Source: Fibrobacteria bacterium
GTDB taxonomy: Bacteria; Fibrobacterota; Chitinivibrionia; Chitinivibrionales; FEN-1185
DNA: 59,466 nucleotides
Reading direction: 5' to 3'
Assembly (NCBI GenBank): GCA_037447435.1
Contig: JBBIGR010000032.1
Coordinates: 1 to 59,466 of the forward strand
Below are positions 21,122-35,582 of the stretch, piece by piece. The notes beneath the pieces were generated by a model. It was not told the origin of the DNA. It ran no database searches and saw only the letters and a program-made list of their open reading frames with translations. A program made the translations under genes and the position numbers. Position 1 is the stretch's first letter, and each line of letters begins with the position of its first letter.

Positions 21122-21132
21122 GTTTTATATCC

Positions 21133-21513
21133 TTATTTCTTCAATTTAGGCTTTTTAGCACCGTACTTGGAACGTCCCCGTCTGCGATCTTCGACACCTT
21201 GAGTATCGAGAGCACCTCGTATAATATGATAGCGTACGCCGGGCACGTCTTTAACGCGTCCGCCGCGTGCAAGCACGATCGAATGCTCCTGAAGATTATG
21301 CCCTTCACCCGGAATATACGCGTTCACTTCGATTTTGTTCGTGAGACGTACGCGGGCGACTTTACGCAAAGCAGAGTTCGGTTTCTTGGGCGTTGTGGTA
21401 AAAACGCGGATGCAGACACCCCGACGCTGGGGACATTTCTGCAATGCTCCGGCCTTGCTCCTTGAAGAAAGTGACTTTCTTCCGTTTCGAATGAGTTGAC
21501 TTATTGTCGGCAC
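21133..21513 (-). CDS. rpsL: 30S ribosomal protein S12
   Basis: [34 protein letters not shown]. Confidence 0.99.
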   Translation of the reverse strand: MPTISQLIRNGRKSLSSRSKAGALQKCPQRRGVCIRVFTTTPKKPNSALRKVARVRLTNKIEVNAYIPGEGHNLQEHSIVLARGGRVKDVPGVRYHIIRGALDTQGVEDRRRGRSKYGAKKPKLKK

Positions 21514-21618
21514 TAAATTCCTCCGTAAAACCTTAAAAAGGACAATTTTTTAAAAATAATATATGAGCCACAGCTAATCAAATGACTTTATTACTTTATT
21601 GTAAAAAATCCGTTATAA

Positions 21619-24600
21619 TCACGCTCCAAGGTCTAAAAAGTCTTCATTTGCATCATGGGAGTCGGACGAGACCACTTCGGCGGTCATGTCTTTGACCTTG
21701 GTATACCGGTACAATTTGCAACCGGTACCCGCAGGAATGAGGTTACCCATAATCAAGTTTTCCTTCAGACCCTTGAGGTGGTCGATTTTGCCTTCGACCG
21801 CCGCGCGGGAAAGGACCTTCGTCGTTTCCTGGAACGACGCCGCAGACAAGAAAGACTCTGTAGTCAATGATGCACGGGTTATACCGAGCAACATCGGCTT
21901 GAATGTCGCGGGCTCGCCGCCTTCCGACACGACAAGGTCATTCTCAACACGCAATACTCGTTTGTCGACATCGTCACCTTCCAGGAACCGCGTGTCGCCG
22001 GGATTCTCGATCTTGACCTTCTTGAGCATTTGAGTGACGATCACTTCGATATGCTTGTCGTTGATGGTCACACCCTGAAGACGGTACACCGACTGGATTT
22101 CGTCGAGCAGATACCGCTGAACCGCGTTTTCTCCCATGATCGCGAGAATATCATGCGGGTCGATTGCGCCTTCGCTGAGACGGTCGCCGGCTTTGACCCG
22201 GTCGCCTTCGTGAACGCGCAAATGTTTTCCGAGCGGAATGAGGTATTCGTGACCCGCACCCTGATCGTCGCGGACGATGAGTTTCCGGTTACCGCGTTCC
22301 GTTCCGCCGAATTCGACGATACCGTCGACTTCGGACACCACGGCAGCGTCTTTAGGACGGCGCGCTTCGAACAATTCCGCGACGCGGGGCAAACCACCGG
22401 TGATGTCTTTGCTCTTACCGGTTTCGCGCGGGATCTTTATAAGAATGGTACCTTCGGCAACCATATCGCCTTCCTTGACCTGGATATAAGATCCGGTAGG
22501 AACGGAGATATTGGCAACGCGTTTTGCCGATTCGTCGAAAATCTGAATATGCGGATGCAGTTTCTTGTCGCGATGCTCGACCACGACGATATTGCTGACG
22601 CCGGTACGGTCGTCGTACAATTCGCGGGTCGTTTCGCCTTCGACAAGATCGATGAACTCGATGCGTCCGGCTTTTGTCGCCAAGATGACATTATTATAGG
22701 GGTCCCAGTCGAACAGGGATTCTTTTTCCTTGACTTTTGCGCCATCTTTGACGTTGAGGGTCGAACCGTACGGTACGTTATAGCGATACCGTTCGCGTTC
22801 CTGGTCGTCGAGCACTACGATTTCACCCGTGCGCCCCATGACGATGTTGCAATCTTTTTCTTCGCCTTTGTCGGTTTTACGCATGATTGATGCGAAGTCG
22901 ACATTGACGTATTGGATCTTACCGTCGATTTTGGCGGTTTCTTTAGACTGTGCGATAAGGCGCGACGCGGTTCCACCGATGTGGAACGTACGGAGCGTCA
23001 GCTGCGTACCCGGTTCGCCGATACTCTGCGCGGCCATGATACCGACCGCTTCGCCGGTGTCGACGTTTTTGCCGGTCGCAAGGTTGCGGCCGTAGCATTT
23101 TGCGCAGGTTCCTTCGATGGCGTCGCAGGTCAGAACGGACCGGATCATGACGCGGGTGATTCCTGCGTCTTCGATACGTTTTGCCGTGGCTTCGTCGATG
23201 ATCTGGTTAGCCGGACAAATGACTTCGTCGGAAACCGGATCAACAACATCTTCGAGCGTGACGCGGCCGAGCATTCGTGCCGTGAGCGATTCCATGATTT
23301 CATCGCCTTCGCGGAGATCTTCGATTTCGATACCCTTGATGGTTCCGCAATCGTCTTCGTTAATGACAACGTCCTGGACAACATCGATGAGACGGCGCGT
23401 AAGATATCCGGCGTCGGCAGTTTTAAGAGCCGTATCGGCCAAACCTTTACGAGCTCCGTGGGTCGAGATAAAGTATTCGAGCACCGACAAGCCGTCTTTG
23501 AAATTCGACACAATCGGGTTCTCGATGATTTCACCGACGGCACCCGTGATTTTCTTCTGCGGTTTTTGCATGAGACCGCGCATACCGGCCAACTGCTTGA
23601 TCTGGTCGTTGGAGCCTCTGGCGCCGGAGTCGAGCATCAGATACACGGGGTTGAAACCGTCTTTGTCTTTTGCAAGTTCTTCGCGGAGCGCATCGGCGAC
23701 CTGAGACGTGGTATGCGTCCAAAGGTCGATGATCTTGTTATATCGTTCGCCCTCGGTAATGATACCGCGGTCGTATTGCTTGCGGATACGGTTACCTTCC
23801 TCGATTGACTTCTTGACATATTCCTCTTTCTTTGCCGGGACCACGAGATCGTCGGCACCGAAGGTCACGCCCGCCTTTGTGGCATATTCGTAACCGAGGT
23901 TCTTGATGTCGTCGAGGAATTTGCAGGCAACCATGTTGCCTTTTTTCTTGATGATATCGGCGACAAGCGCGGATATTTTCTTTTTAGTGAACAAATCGTT
24001 GACAAAATCCACACCTTCGGGTATGATCGAGTTCAAAATAACGCGACCAGGGGTCGTTTCGAGGCGTTTGCCGTTGACCCGGATTTTGATTTTGGCATGC
24101 AGATCGATTTGTTTGTTGAACAGGGCATGACGAATTTCATCGGCATCGCAGAAGGCGCGTCCCTCACCCACTCGGCCTGCACCCATTTTCGTGAGATAAT
24201 ATATCCCCAAAACAATGTCCTGCGACGGCACCATGATGGGCATGCCCGACGCGGGGTTGAGCAGGTTGTTCGACGAAAGCATGAGCAAACGGCATTCGAT
24301 TTGCGATTCGAATGACAATGGAACGTGCACGGCCATTTGGTCTCCGTCGAAGTCCGCATTGAACGCGGCACATACGAGCGGATGCAACCTGATGGCTTTT
24401 CCTTCGACAAGCACCGGGAAAAACGCCTGTATACCTAAACGGTGAAGCGTTGGCGCGCGGTTGAGAAGCACGGGATGGTCTTTGATGACTTCTTCGAGAA
24501 TGTCCCAGACTTCGGGCCGTTCTTTTTCGACAAAGCGCTTCGCGCTCTTGACGGTTTGGACCAAATTGCGTTCTTCGAGCTTTTGTATGACGAACGGCTT

Positions 24601-25722
24601 GAACAGCTCGAGCGCCATTGTCTTGGGAAGACCGCATTGATGGATCTTGAGTTCGGGCCCCACCACGATGACGCTACGACCGGAATAGTCGACGCGTTTT
24701 CCGAGCAAGTTCTGGCGGAAACGGCCTTGTTTACCTTTAAGAAGATCGGACAACGACTTGAGCGGACGCTTGCCTTCGCCCTTGACGGAGAAGGTACGGC
24801 GGCCGTTGTCGAACAGGGTGTCGACCGATTCCTGAAGCATACGCATTTCGTTGCGCAATATGACTTCGGGCGCCTTGATTTCCATGAGCTTTTTAAGGCG
24901 GTTGTTACGGTTGATGACCCGACGATATAAATCGTTGAGATCGGACGTTGCGAACCTGCCGCCTTCGAGCGGAACAAGCGGACGCAAATCGGGCGGAAGC
25001 ACGGGCAATACGCGAAGGACCATGCTTTCGGGTTTGTTATTCGATTTCAAAAACGCTTCAACGATGCGAAGACGCTTGAGATGTTCGATTTTGCGCTGTT
25101 CGGAAGATTCGAGTTTGATTTTTGAGCGCAAATCGATTGACAACTCTTCAAGATCGAGCGTTGCGAGCATTTCGAGAATCGCCTCGCCGCCCATTTTGGC
25201 GACGAATTGTTTCTTTGCGTCTTCAAGCTCGATGAATTCGTCTTCGGTAAGCAATTGACCTTTACGAAGAGAAGTGTCGCCGGGATCGATAACCACATAG
25301 GACTCGTAATACACGATGCGTTCGAGCACGGTGTTGGCAAGCCCGAGCAAATAACTGATATGGGACGGGACGCTCTTTAAAAACCAAATATGAATGATGG
25401 GAACCGCAAGTTCGATATGTCCCATACGTTCGCGACGGACCTTGGAATGCGTAACTTCGACGCCGCAACGGTCGCAAACGACGCCGCGATACCTGATGCG
25501 TTTGTATTTGCCGCAATTACATTCCCAGTTGCGTACCGGTCCGAAAATCTTTTCGCAAAACAAACCATCGCGTTCGGGTTTGAACGACCGGTAATTTATG
25601 GTTTCGGGCTTGGTTACTTCGCCGTACGACCAGTTCCTGATGACATCCGGTCCGGCAAGCCGTATTCCAACATCCGTTATCTCTTTAATTTTAGCATTTG
25701 ATTTCGTATATTTTTCAGCCAC
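21619..25722 (-). CDS. rpoC: RNA polymerase beta' subunit
   Basis: KPETINYR, Zn finger, [28 protein letters not shown]. Confidence 0.99.
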   Translation of the reverse strand: MAEKYTKSNAKIKEITDVGIRLAGPDVIRNWSYGEVTKPETINYRSFKPERDGLFCEKIFGPVRNWECNCGKYKRIRYRGVVCDRCGVEVTHSKVRRERMGHIELAVPIIHIWFLKSVPSHISYLLGLANTVLERIVYYESYVVIDPGDTSLRKGQLLTEDEFIELEDAKKQFVAKMGGEAILEMLATLDLEELSIDLRSKIKLESSEQRKIEHLKRLRIVEAFLKSNNKPESMVLRVLPVLPPDLRPLVPLEGGRFATSDLNDLYRRVINRNNRLKKLMEIKAPEVILRNEMRMLQESVDTLFDNGRRTFSVKGEGKRPLKSLSDLLKGKQGRFRQNLLGKRVDYSGRSVIVVGPELKIHQCGLPKTMALELFKPFVIQKLEERNLVQTVKSAKRFVEKERPEVWDILEEVIKDHPVLLNRAPTLHRLGIQAFFPVLVEGKAIRLHPLVCAAFNADFDGDQMAVHVPLSFESQIECRLLMLSSNNLLNPASGMPIMVPSQDIVLGIYYLTKMGAGRVGEGRAFCDADEIRHALFNKQIDLHAKIKIRVNGKRLETTPGRVILNSIIPEGVDFVNDLFTKKKISALVADIIKKKGNMVACKFLDDIKNLGYEYATKAGVTFGADDLVVPAKKEEYVKKSIEEGNRIRKQYDRGIITEGERYNKIIDLWTHTTSQVADALREELAKDKDGFNPVYLMLDSGARGSNDQIKQLAGMRGLMQKPQKKITGAVGEIIENPIVSNFKDGLSVLEYFISTHGARKGLADTALKTADAGYLTRRLIDVVQDVVINEDDCGTIKGIEIEDLREGDEIMESLTARMLGRVTLEDVVDPVSDEVICPANQIIDEATAKRIEDAGITRVMIRSVLTCDAIEGTCAKCYGRNLATGKNVDTGEAVGIMAAQSIGEPGTQLTLRTFHIGGTASRLIAQSKETAKIDGKIQYVNVDFASIMRKTDKGEEKDCNIVMGRTGEIVVLDDQERERYRYNVPYGSTLNVKDGAKVKEKESLFDWDPYNNVILATKAGRIEFIDLVEGETTRELYDDRTGVSNIVVVEHRDKKLHPHIQIFDESAKRVANISVPTGSYIQVKEGDMVAEGTILIKIPRETGKSKDITGGLPRVAELFEARRPKDAAVVSEVDGIVEFGGTERGNRKLIVRDDQGAGHEYLIPLGKHLRVHEGDRVKAGDRLSEGAIDPHDILAIMGENAVQRYLLDEIQSVYRLQGVTINDKHIEVIVTQMLKKVKIENPGDTRFLEGDDVDKRVLRVENDLVVSEGGEPATFKPMLLGITRASLTTESFLSAASFQETTKVLSRAAVEGKIDHLKGLKENLIMGNLIPAGTGCKLYRYTKVKDMTAEVVSSDSHDANEDFLDLGA

Positions 25723-25773
25723 CGCTATTCCTCCTTTGAGTGTAAGAATTTCAAAACCCGTAAATTATTACTC

Positions 25774-29553
<3,780 letters not shown>

Positions 29554-29604
29554 TCTCGTTTCCCCTTATTTTTACGTTGTAGACATTCGTTACACAATAG
29601 GAAA

Positions 29605-29632
29605 CACGAAGTGCCTTTTCAAGCACTCCGTG
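29605..29632 (-). terminator. Attenuator-like hairpin between rplL and rpoB
   Basis: Minus strand CACGGAGTGC-TTGAAAAG-GCACTTCGTG (10 bp with one G-U) followed by TTTCCTATT. Same position as the E. coli rplL-rpoB attenuator. Confidence 0.6.
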
Positions 29633-29709
29633 CTCACCAGTTTATTTAACTGGCTGAAAAATGCGTACAACCGGGTATATGATTGTCGTCTTGGTTAGGA
29701 GCGAATTGC

Positions 29710-30093
29710 TCACTTAATCTCAACAGTTGCGCCGTTTTCTTCCAATTTTTTCTTGATTGTTTCCGCTTCAGCTTTAGGAATTCCTTCCTTAACAGCCTTA
29801 GGAGCACCTTCAACAAGGTCTTTAGCTTCCTTGAGGCCAAGCCCGGTTACTTCGCGAACCACTTTGATTACCTGAATTTTCTTAGCGCCGCCTTCTTTAA
29901 GAATAACCGAGAATTCAGTTTTTTCTTCTGCAGGAGCAGCATCGCCGCCGGCAGCAGGAGCAGCAGCAACCGCAACAGGAGCAGCAGCTTTTACGCCAAA
30001 TTTTTCTTCAATCGCCTTGATGAGATCGCACAATTCAAGCACTGTCTTGCTGCCGATTGCCTCAACCAATTCCTCATTTGTTAAAGTCGCCAC
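29710..30093 (-). CDS. rplL: 50S ribosomal protein L7/L12
   Basis: EEKFGV, Ala-rich hinge, [23 protein letters not shown]. Confidence 0.99.
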   Translation of the reverse strand: MATLTNEELVEAIGSKTVLELCDLIKAIEEKFGVKAAAPVAVAAAPAAGGDAAPAEEKTEFSVILKEGGAKKIQVIKVVREVTGLGLKEAKDLVEGAPKAVKEGIPKAEAETIKKKLEENGATVEIK

Positions 30094-30160
30094 AGGAATA
30101 CCTCCATATAAAAGTTATTTGTGTTTGTTTTCGTTTACAGATTACGTTATTAATAAGTAC

Positions 30161-30724
30161 TTATGCCGATGGCGCAGCACCAGTAGCTTCGGATTCTTTT
30201 TTCGTCTTAACTGCATCGATCGTACAGGCAAACGTTGTTAAAACGCCATTGAGCGTTTGAGCAAATTTAGTCGTTGGAGCCTGTAACACACCGAGCAACT
30301 GGGAAAGAAGAATTTCACGCGGCGGAATTTCAGCCAAGCGTGCAGTATCTTTACCAGAAAAAGTTGTGCCGTCGACATATGCAACCTTGACATCAAGGAG
30401 CTCTTTATTGTCTTTTGCAAATTCTTTTTGAAAATCCTTAATGATTTTGGCGGGAGCCATTCCATCTTGTTGCGCTACGACGACACCAAGCTGACCTTTA
30501 AAAAATGGTGCAAGTTCTTTTTTACCGCACCGTTCTGCAGCTATTCTGGCAAGCGTGTTCTTGACAACGATGTATTTCATCCCTTTTTTACGAAGAGCAA
30601 CCCTGACCTTTGATATTCTGGCAACATCAATTTTATTGTTGTCGGTCAGGTAAATGCCTTTAGCATCCCGAAATTCTTTTTCGAGCACTTCGATTGATTG
30701 CGTACGTTCACTGCGAGTCGACAT
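30161..30724 (-). CDS. rplJ: 50S ribosomal protein L10
   Basis: VVKNTLARIA, LA.IP.RE.LLSQLLG, and position. Confidence 0.97.
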   Translation of the reverse strand: MSTRSERTQSIEVLEKEFRDAKGIYLTDNNKIDVARISKVRVALRKKGMKYIVVKNTLARIAAERCGKKELAPFFKGQLGVVVAQQDGMAPAKIIKDFQKEFAKDNKELLDVKVAYVDGTTFSGKDTARLAEIPPREILLSQLLGVLQAPTTKFAQTLNGVLTTFACTIDAVKTKKESEATGAAPSA

Positions 30725-30771
30725 TGTTTGAAACCTTTTTTATAGGTAAATGTTCTTTGTTTCTTATTTTA

Positions 30772-31470
30772 TTAAGCTAGAATTTCCTGATGAGCAATTT
30801 TTACTCCTTGACCCATCGTACTACTCAAAGTAATCTTTTTAAGAAAAGAACCTTTTGCAGACGATGGCTTTGCCTTTGAAAGCGCCTCTAAAAATGCCTT
30901 GACATTTTCAGTAAGCTTAGCTGCTTCAAAAGACATTTTTCCCAGAGGAGCATGAACAATTCCGCCTTTTTCCGCACGGAATTCAACTTTACCTTTTTTA
31001 AGTTCTTTAATGGCTTTGCCAACATCCATAGTAACCGTTCCAACCTTTGGATTAGGCATAAGCCCACGAGTTCCGAGGATTTTACCAAGCTTACCGACAA
31101 CCTTCATCATATCTGGAGTGGCAATACACGATTCGAATTCAAGCCAGCCCCCGGTAATCTTTTCAGCAAGATCGTCGCCGCCAACATAATCGGCACCAGC
31201 TGCTTTCGCTTCTTCTGCTTTAGGCCCTTGCGCAAAAACTAGAATTCTAACAGTTTTGCCAAGACCGTTCGGAAGAACGACTGCGCCGCGAACGCTTTGG
31301 TCGCTTTTCTTCGGATCAATTCCAAGATTCACGGCAATATTCAACGTTTCGTCAAATTTTGTCGCAGCGTTTGCTTTTAAGAATTCAACTGCCTCGGCAA
31401 GAGGATATTCTTTAGTTTTATCAGTTTTGGCGTGGGAAGCTTCCCACTTTTTTCCGTGCAATTTTTTCAT
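30772..31470 (-). CDS. rplA: 50S ribosomal protein L1
   Basis: [36 protein letters not shown]. Confidence 0.99.
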   Translation of the reverse strand: MKKLHGKKWEASHAKTDKTKEYPLAEAVEFLKANAATKFDETLNIAVNLGIDPKKSDQSVRGAVVLPNGLGKTVRILVFAQGPKAEEAKAAGADYVGGDDLAEKITGGWLEFESCIATPDMMKVVGKLGKILGTRGLMPNPKVGTVTMDVGKAIKELKKGKVEFRAEKGGIVHAPLGKMSFEAAKLTENVKAFLEALSKAKPSSAKGSFLKKITLSSTMGQGVKIAHQEILA

Positions 31471-31513
31471 TTAATGAAACTCCCTTTGTAAACCTTCAAG
31501 TAACCCTAACGGA

Positions 31514-31939
31514 TTACTCTGTAACATTGACTCCCATGCTTCTTGCAGTTCCGGCAACAATGCGCATGGCAGCTTCAATGCTGGCTGCATTGAGATCGGG
31601 CATTTTAATTTCCGCGATCTTTTTAACTTTATCCTTTGTCAAAGTCCCAACTTTATCCTTATTTGGCACGCTCGAGCCTTTTTCGAGGCCTAATTCCTTT
31701 ATTATAAGAACCGATACTGGCGGAGTCTTAGTAATAAAGGTAAACGAGCGATCCGAATAAACAGTTATGACCACTGGAATGATCATACCGTTTGCGTCCT
31801 TAGTTTTAGCATTGAACGCCTTGCAAAACTCCATGATGTTAACACCATGCTGACCAAGCGCAGGTCCTACGGGTGGCGCCGGATTTGCTTGGCCGCCCGG
31901 AATTTGCAGCTTTATAAGTGCACTGACTTTCTTAGCCAA
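31514..31939 (-). CDS. rplK: 50S ribosomal protein L11
   Basis: TTG start giving (M)[30 protein letters not shown]. Confidence 0.99.
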   Translation of the reverse strand: MAKKVSALIKLQIPGGQANPAPPVGPALGQHGVNIMEFCKAFNAKTKDANGMIIPVVITVYSDRSFTFITKTPPVSVLIIKELGLEKGSSVPNKDKVGTLTKDKVKKIAEIKMPDLNAASIEAAMRIVAGTARSMGVNVTE

Positions 31940-31993
31940 AATCCTATCCCCTTTCAAACAACAATCTATATATTAAGAAAACTTTTTTCTATA

Positions 31994-32524
31994 TTAGCTA
32001 ATCGGATTCACATGCATAAAATCAACTTCAACCGGTGTAGACCTCCCGAAAACACTTACCATCACCTTGATCTTTCCTTTTTCCGGGTGTACCTCATCAA
32101 CTACACCATCAAAATCTTTGAATGGACCTTCTTTGATTTTAACAGCGTCCCCAATCTCAAAAGGAACCTCAGATATTTGTTGCCGAGAACTTTTTTCTGC
32201 TTGACCTAATATCCGAGCAACTTCTTCTTCACGGAGCGGTTGCGGCTTTTTTCCACCTACAAAACCGGTAACACCATTGATGTTGCGAATGAAATGCGAG
32301 GTTTCTTTATTTAACTCCATTTCAACAATGATATAACTAGGAAAAAACTTTCGGGTTGTCTTAATTTTCTTACCATTTTTCACATGAACAACATCATGCG
32401 TAGGCATAAGCACTTGCCCAATTTGATCCTTCATTTCACCAGCAGCAATTAAATCAGTTATGACTTCAACCACTTTGGCTTCCTGACCCGAATACGTATG
32501 AACAGCGTAAAAACGTTTTGACAT
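31994..32524 (-). CDS. nusG: Transcription termination/antitermination factor NusG
   Basis: YAVHTYSG.E, FFP.YI, GVTGFVG, KOW domain GPF.DF.G, FGRSTPVE. Confidence 0.99.
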   Translation of the reverse strand: MSKRFYAVHTYSGQEAKVVEVITDLIAAGEMKDQIGQVLMPTHDVVHVKNGKKIKTTRKFFPSYIIVEMELNKETSHFIRNINGVTGFVGGKKPQPLREEEVARILGQAEKSSRQQISEVPFEIGDAVKIKEGPFKDFDGVVDEVHPEKGKIKVMVSVFGRSTPVEVDFMHVNPIS

Positions 32525-32546
32525 GAAAAATCCTTAAAATTCGATT

Positions 32547-32738
32547 CTACATGTTTATTTTAAGCAATTGACCAACAATAAAGTTGATGATCAGATCGCA
32601 TGAGTAAACAAAAATTGACGAAAGAATACTAAATAGTATAACTAGCATTGTTGCGCCAGTAAGCTCATTCTTCGTCGGCCAGCTCACTTTGAGCATTTCC
32701 GAACGGACATCTTTGAGATATTGAATTAGTTTTTGCAT
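32547..32738 (-). CDS. secE: Preprotein translocase subunit SecE
   Basis: EMLKVSWP..EL followed by one TM helix, between tRNA-Trp and nusG. Confidence 0.97.
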   Translation of the reverse strand: MQKLIQYLKDVRSEMLKVSWPTKNELTGATMLVILFSILSSIFVYSCDLIINFIVGQLLKINM

Positions 32739-32761
32739 ATTTATCCATCGTCAAAAAAAAA

Positions 32762-32834
32762 CAGGTCTGGAGGGACTCGAACCCCCAACCAATGGTTTTG
32801 GAGACCACTACTCTACCAATTGAGCTACAGACCT
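32762..32834 (-). tRNA. tRNA-Trp(CCA), 3' CCA not encoded
   Basis: Reverse complement AGGTCTGTAGCTCAATTGGTAGAGTAGTGGTCTCCAAAACCATTGGTTGGGGGTTCGAGTCCCTCCAGACCTG. Confidence 0.97.
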
Positions 32835-32978
32835 ATGTGAAACTTTCACTCATCATCACATCGAGATAGATCTGAGAAAAACAAACTTTAAGGCAATTCA
32901 AATTATAACCCGAATAATATTTTTTATTTATTTCAAATCAAACCTGCAAAAGCAGAAATTAATAAGATCAATAAAATG

Positions 32979-33131
32979 TTAACGAGTTTCTTTATGAACA
33001 GTCCGTTTGCGCTCAGACGGGCAGTACTTTTTAATCTCAAGACGCTCCGAATGCTTCCGCTTATTTTTCATGAGCGAATAATTATTTTTTTTGCACGATG
33101 TGCATTCCAGCGTAATAATCTCTCTTGGCAT
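32979..33131 (-). CDS. rpmG: 50S ribosomal protein L33 (not in ORF track)
   Basis: Translated by hand: [50 protein letters not shown]. Confidence 0.96.
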   Translation of the reverse strand: MPREIITLECTSCKKNNYSLMKNKRKHSERLEIKKYCPSERKRTVHKETR

Positions 33132-33178
33132 TGTAACCGCCGATACCTTTTAGTAAATGTTTTTTCTTTATGGCAAAT

Positions 33179-33211
33179 GTGTGGTTGCACCGATTTACAG
33201 TGTAACCACAC
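33179..33211 (-). other. Stem-loop just downstream of tuf
   Basis: GTGTGGTTGCAC...GTGTAACCACAC inverted repeat with one mismatch and a weak U-tract. Probably an mRNA stabiliser or partial terminator. Confidence 0.5.
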
Positions 33212-33222
33212 CACAAATAAAC

Positions 33223-34428
33223 TTATTCGATGATTTCAGTAACAACACCTGACCCAACAGTACGTCCACCTTCACGAACAGCAAAGCGTAATTCTTTTTC
33301 CATTGCGATCGGGTGAATCAACTCAACTTCTAAAGCAGCATTATCACCAGGCATAAGCATTTCCACGCCCTTTGCCAAGGTTAAGCTACCGGTAACGTCT
33401 GTCGTTCTAAAATAAAATTGAGGCCTATACCCGCTAAAAAACGGAGTGTGGCGCCCACCTTCTTCTTTTGACAAAACGTAAACTTGCGCTTTAAATTTTT
33501 TGTGCGGTTTAATTGATCCAGGCTTTGCAAGAACCATTCCGCGTACAATATCATCTTTTTCAACACCGCGTAAAAGAGTTCCAATATTGTCGCCAGCTTC
33601 GGCTTTATCAAGGAGCTTACGAAACATTTCAACGCCAGTTACTATACTTTTACGAGTATCCTTGATACCAACGATTTCGATTTCTTCTCCGACTTTAACA
33701 CAACCGCGCTCAACACGCCCAGTAGCAACAGTACCGCGACCAGTTATCGAGAACACATCTTCAACCGGCATTAAAAACGGCTTATCTGTTTCGCGCTTAG
33801 GAGTCGGGACATAAGAATCAATAGCTGCCATTAAATCAAAGATACATTTTGTTTTAACAGGATCAGTAGGATTTGTCAATGCCCCAATTGCACTTCCACG
33901 AACTATTGGAACTTCATCGCCCGGGAATTCATATTTAGAAAGAAGCTCACGAACTTCCAACTCAACAAGCTCAAGTAATTCAGGATCATCAACAATATCA
34001 ACTTTATTTAAAAACACAACGATATATGGTACACCCACCTGGCGTGCAAGCAAAATGTGTTCGCGCGTTTGAGGCATGGGACCGTCCGCTGCACTCACAA
34101 CAAGAATAGCACCATCCATCTGCGCAGCACCGGTAATCATATTTTTAACATAGTCTGCATGTCCGGGACAATCGACATGAGCATAATGCCGATTATCTGA
34201 CTCATATTCCACATGGGAAGTGGCAATCGTGAGAATCTTTGTTGGATCTCTACGACCTTGAGATTCTGAAGCCTTTGCTACTTCGTCGTAGGGAATGAAT
34301 TTGGCCAAACCCTTTGTCGCCATAACACTTGTAATCGCAGCTGTCAATGTAGTTTTACCATGATCAACGTGACCGATGGTACCGACATTTACATGCGCCT
34401 TCTTACGATCAAACTTTTCCTTTGCCAT
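33223..34428 (-). CDS. tuf: Elongation factor Tu with atypical switch I
   Basis: [46 protein letters not shown]. Confidence 0.99.
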   Translation of the reverse strand: MAKEKFDRKKAHVNVGTIGHVDHGKTTLTAAITSVMATKGLAKFIPYDEVAKASESQGRRDPTKILTIATSHVEYESDNRHYAHVDCPGHADYVKNMITGAAQMDGAILVVSAADGPMPQTREHILLARQVGVPYIVVFLNKVDIVDDPELLELVELEVRELLSKYEFPGDEVPIVRGSAIGALTNPTDPVKTKCIFDLMAAIDSYVPTPKRETDKPFLMPVEDVFSITGRGTVATGRVERGCVKVGEEIEIVGIKDTRKSIVTGVEMFRKLLDKAEAGDNIGTLLRGVEKDDIVRGMVLAKPGSIKPHKKFKAQVYVLSKEEGGRHTPFFSGYRPQFYFRTTDVTGSLTLAKGVEMLMPGDNAALEVELIHPIAMEKELRFAVREGGRTVGSGVVTEIIE

Positions 34429-34493
34429 GAAACTCCCCTTGATATTGTGAAAAAATCAGGTTATGATATTTTCTAAAACATTCTTTTAAAAAA

Positions 34494-34567
34494 AGCCCAC
34501 GACCGGGATCGAACCGGTGAACCTCATCCTTACCAAGGATGTGCTCTACCAACTGAGCTACATGGGC
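34494..34567 (-). tRNA. tRNA-Thr(GGT)
   Basis: Reverse complement GCCCATGTAGCTCAGTTGGTAGAGCACATCCTTGGTAAGGATGAGGTTCACCGGTTCGATCCCGGTCGTGGGCT. Confidence 0.96.
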
Positions 34568-34579
34568 AATACAACAAAG

Positions 34580-34652
34580 AGCGGGCAATGAGACTCGAAC
34601 TCACAACAACCACCTTGGAAGGGTGGAGCTCTACCAATTGAGCTATGCCCGC
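34580..34652 (-). tRNA. tRNA-Gly(TCC)
   Basis: Reverse complement GCGGGCATAGCTCAATTGGTAGAGCTCCACCCTTCCAAGGTGGTTGTTGTGAGTTCGAGTCTCATTGCCCGCT. Confidence 0.96.
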
Positions 34653-34661
34653 TTAATTCAA

Positions 34662-34744
34662 TGGGTAGGAATGGTTTCGAACCACTGTAGGCGTAAGCCA
34701 ATGGATTTACAGTCCATCCCCTTTAGCCACTCGGGCACCTACCC
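34662..34744 (-). tRNA. tRNA-Tyr(GTA)
   Basis: Reverse complement GGGTAGGTGCCCGAGTGGCTAAAGGGGATGGACTGTAAATCCAT, long variable arm, GGTTCGAAACCATTCCTACCCA. Confidence 0.96.
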
Positions 34745-34769
34745 ATATATTTACATTTCGTACAGCTCA

Positions 34770-34845
34770 TGGAGCCGATGGAGGGATTCAAACCCCCGAC
34801 CCTTCGATTACAAGTCGAAAGCTCTATCAACTGAGCTACATCGGC
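34770..34845 (-). tRNA. tRNA-Thr(TGT) with encoded CCA
   Basis: Reverse complement GCCGATGTAGCTCAGTTGATAGAGCTTTCGACTTGTAATCGAAGGGTCGGGGGTTTGAATCCCTCCATCGGCTCCA. Confidence 0.94.
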
Positions 34846-34867
34846 AATTTTCGCAAAAAGCCTTTCA

Positions 34868-34897
34868 AATATACTATATGTATTTAATCGTTGTCAA
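34868..34897 (-). promoter_or_regulatory. Sigma70 promoter of the tRNA-tuf operon
   Basis: Minus strand TTGACA-18 nt-TATATT, about 22 nt upstream of tRNA-Thr(TGT). Confidence 0.6.
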
Positions 34898-34901
34898 AGT
34901 T

Positions 34902-35492
34902 TTATAATTTTTTTACAATAGAATCAATCAAACCATAATTTACAGCTTCTTCAGCAGACATATAATAATCACGATCCGTATCTTCCTCAATTTTTTTTAG
35001 AGATTGACCAGAATGGTTCGAAAGAATTCTATTGAGCCTATCTCTAACTTTTAACATTTCTTCAGCTTGAATATTAATGTCGGAAGCGGGCCCAAAAAAA
35101 TTACCAGAAATAAGCGGCTGATGAATTAAAACACGTGAATTTTCCCAGCATTGACGTTTCCCTTTGGTACCAGCACACAGAACAACAGCACCAAAACTTG
35201 CTGCAAAACCCATGCAAATTGTTTTAATATCCGATTCAACATATTGCATTGCATCATAAATTGCTAAGCCTGACGTAATAACACCACCAGGACTATTGAT
35301 ATAAATCGTGATATCATCATGATTGAGGCCATCAAAATATAAAATTTTTTGAACTACAGATTTTGCTGAGTCATCATTTATCTCACCCCAGAGAAAAATC
35401 TCGCGCCGGGAGAGCATTTGCTCGTCGATTTCAATTCCGACAAGCATTCTGCGCAATTCGCCTGTCATTAAATTATCTTTTAAATTATTCAT
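34902..35492 (-). CDS. clpP: ATP-dependent Clp protease proteolytic subunit
   Basis: YINSPGG, AIYDAMQ, AASFG (catalytic Ser), IHQP (His), DTDRD (Asp). Confidence 0.96.
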   Translation of the reverse strand: MNNLKDNLMTGELRRMLVGIEIDEQMLSRREIFLWGEINDDSAKSVVQKILYFDGLNHDDITIYINSPGGVITSGLAIYDAMQYVESDIKTICMGFAASFGAVVLCAGTKGKRQCWENSRVLIHQPLISGNFFGPASDINIQAEEMLKVRDRLNRILSNHSGQSLKKIEEDTDRDYYMSAEEAVNYGLIDSIVKKL

Positions 35493-35582
35493 AGTAATGG
35501 CTCCTTATACGAAACCTAATTTTCAAACTATTTCACCAAAAAAAAATAATTGTTTACTACTCAATAACCATGGAAAATAATT

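Noticed and set aside
22030..24930. Long plus-strand ORFs (286, 298 and 162 aa) opposite rpoC
   Set aside because: Antisense shadows produced by the codon bias of rpoC. They have no protein-like motifs.
30725..30771. L10 leader upstream of rplJ
   Set aside because: The spacer is only 47 nt, AT-rich and has no convincing stem.
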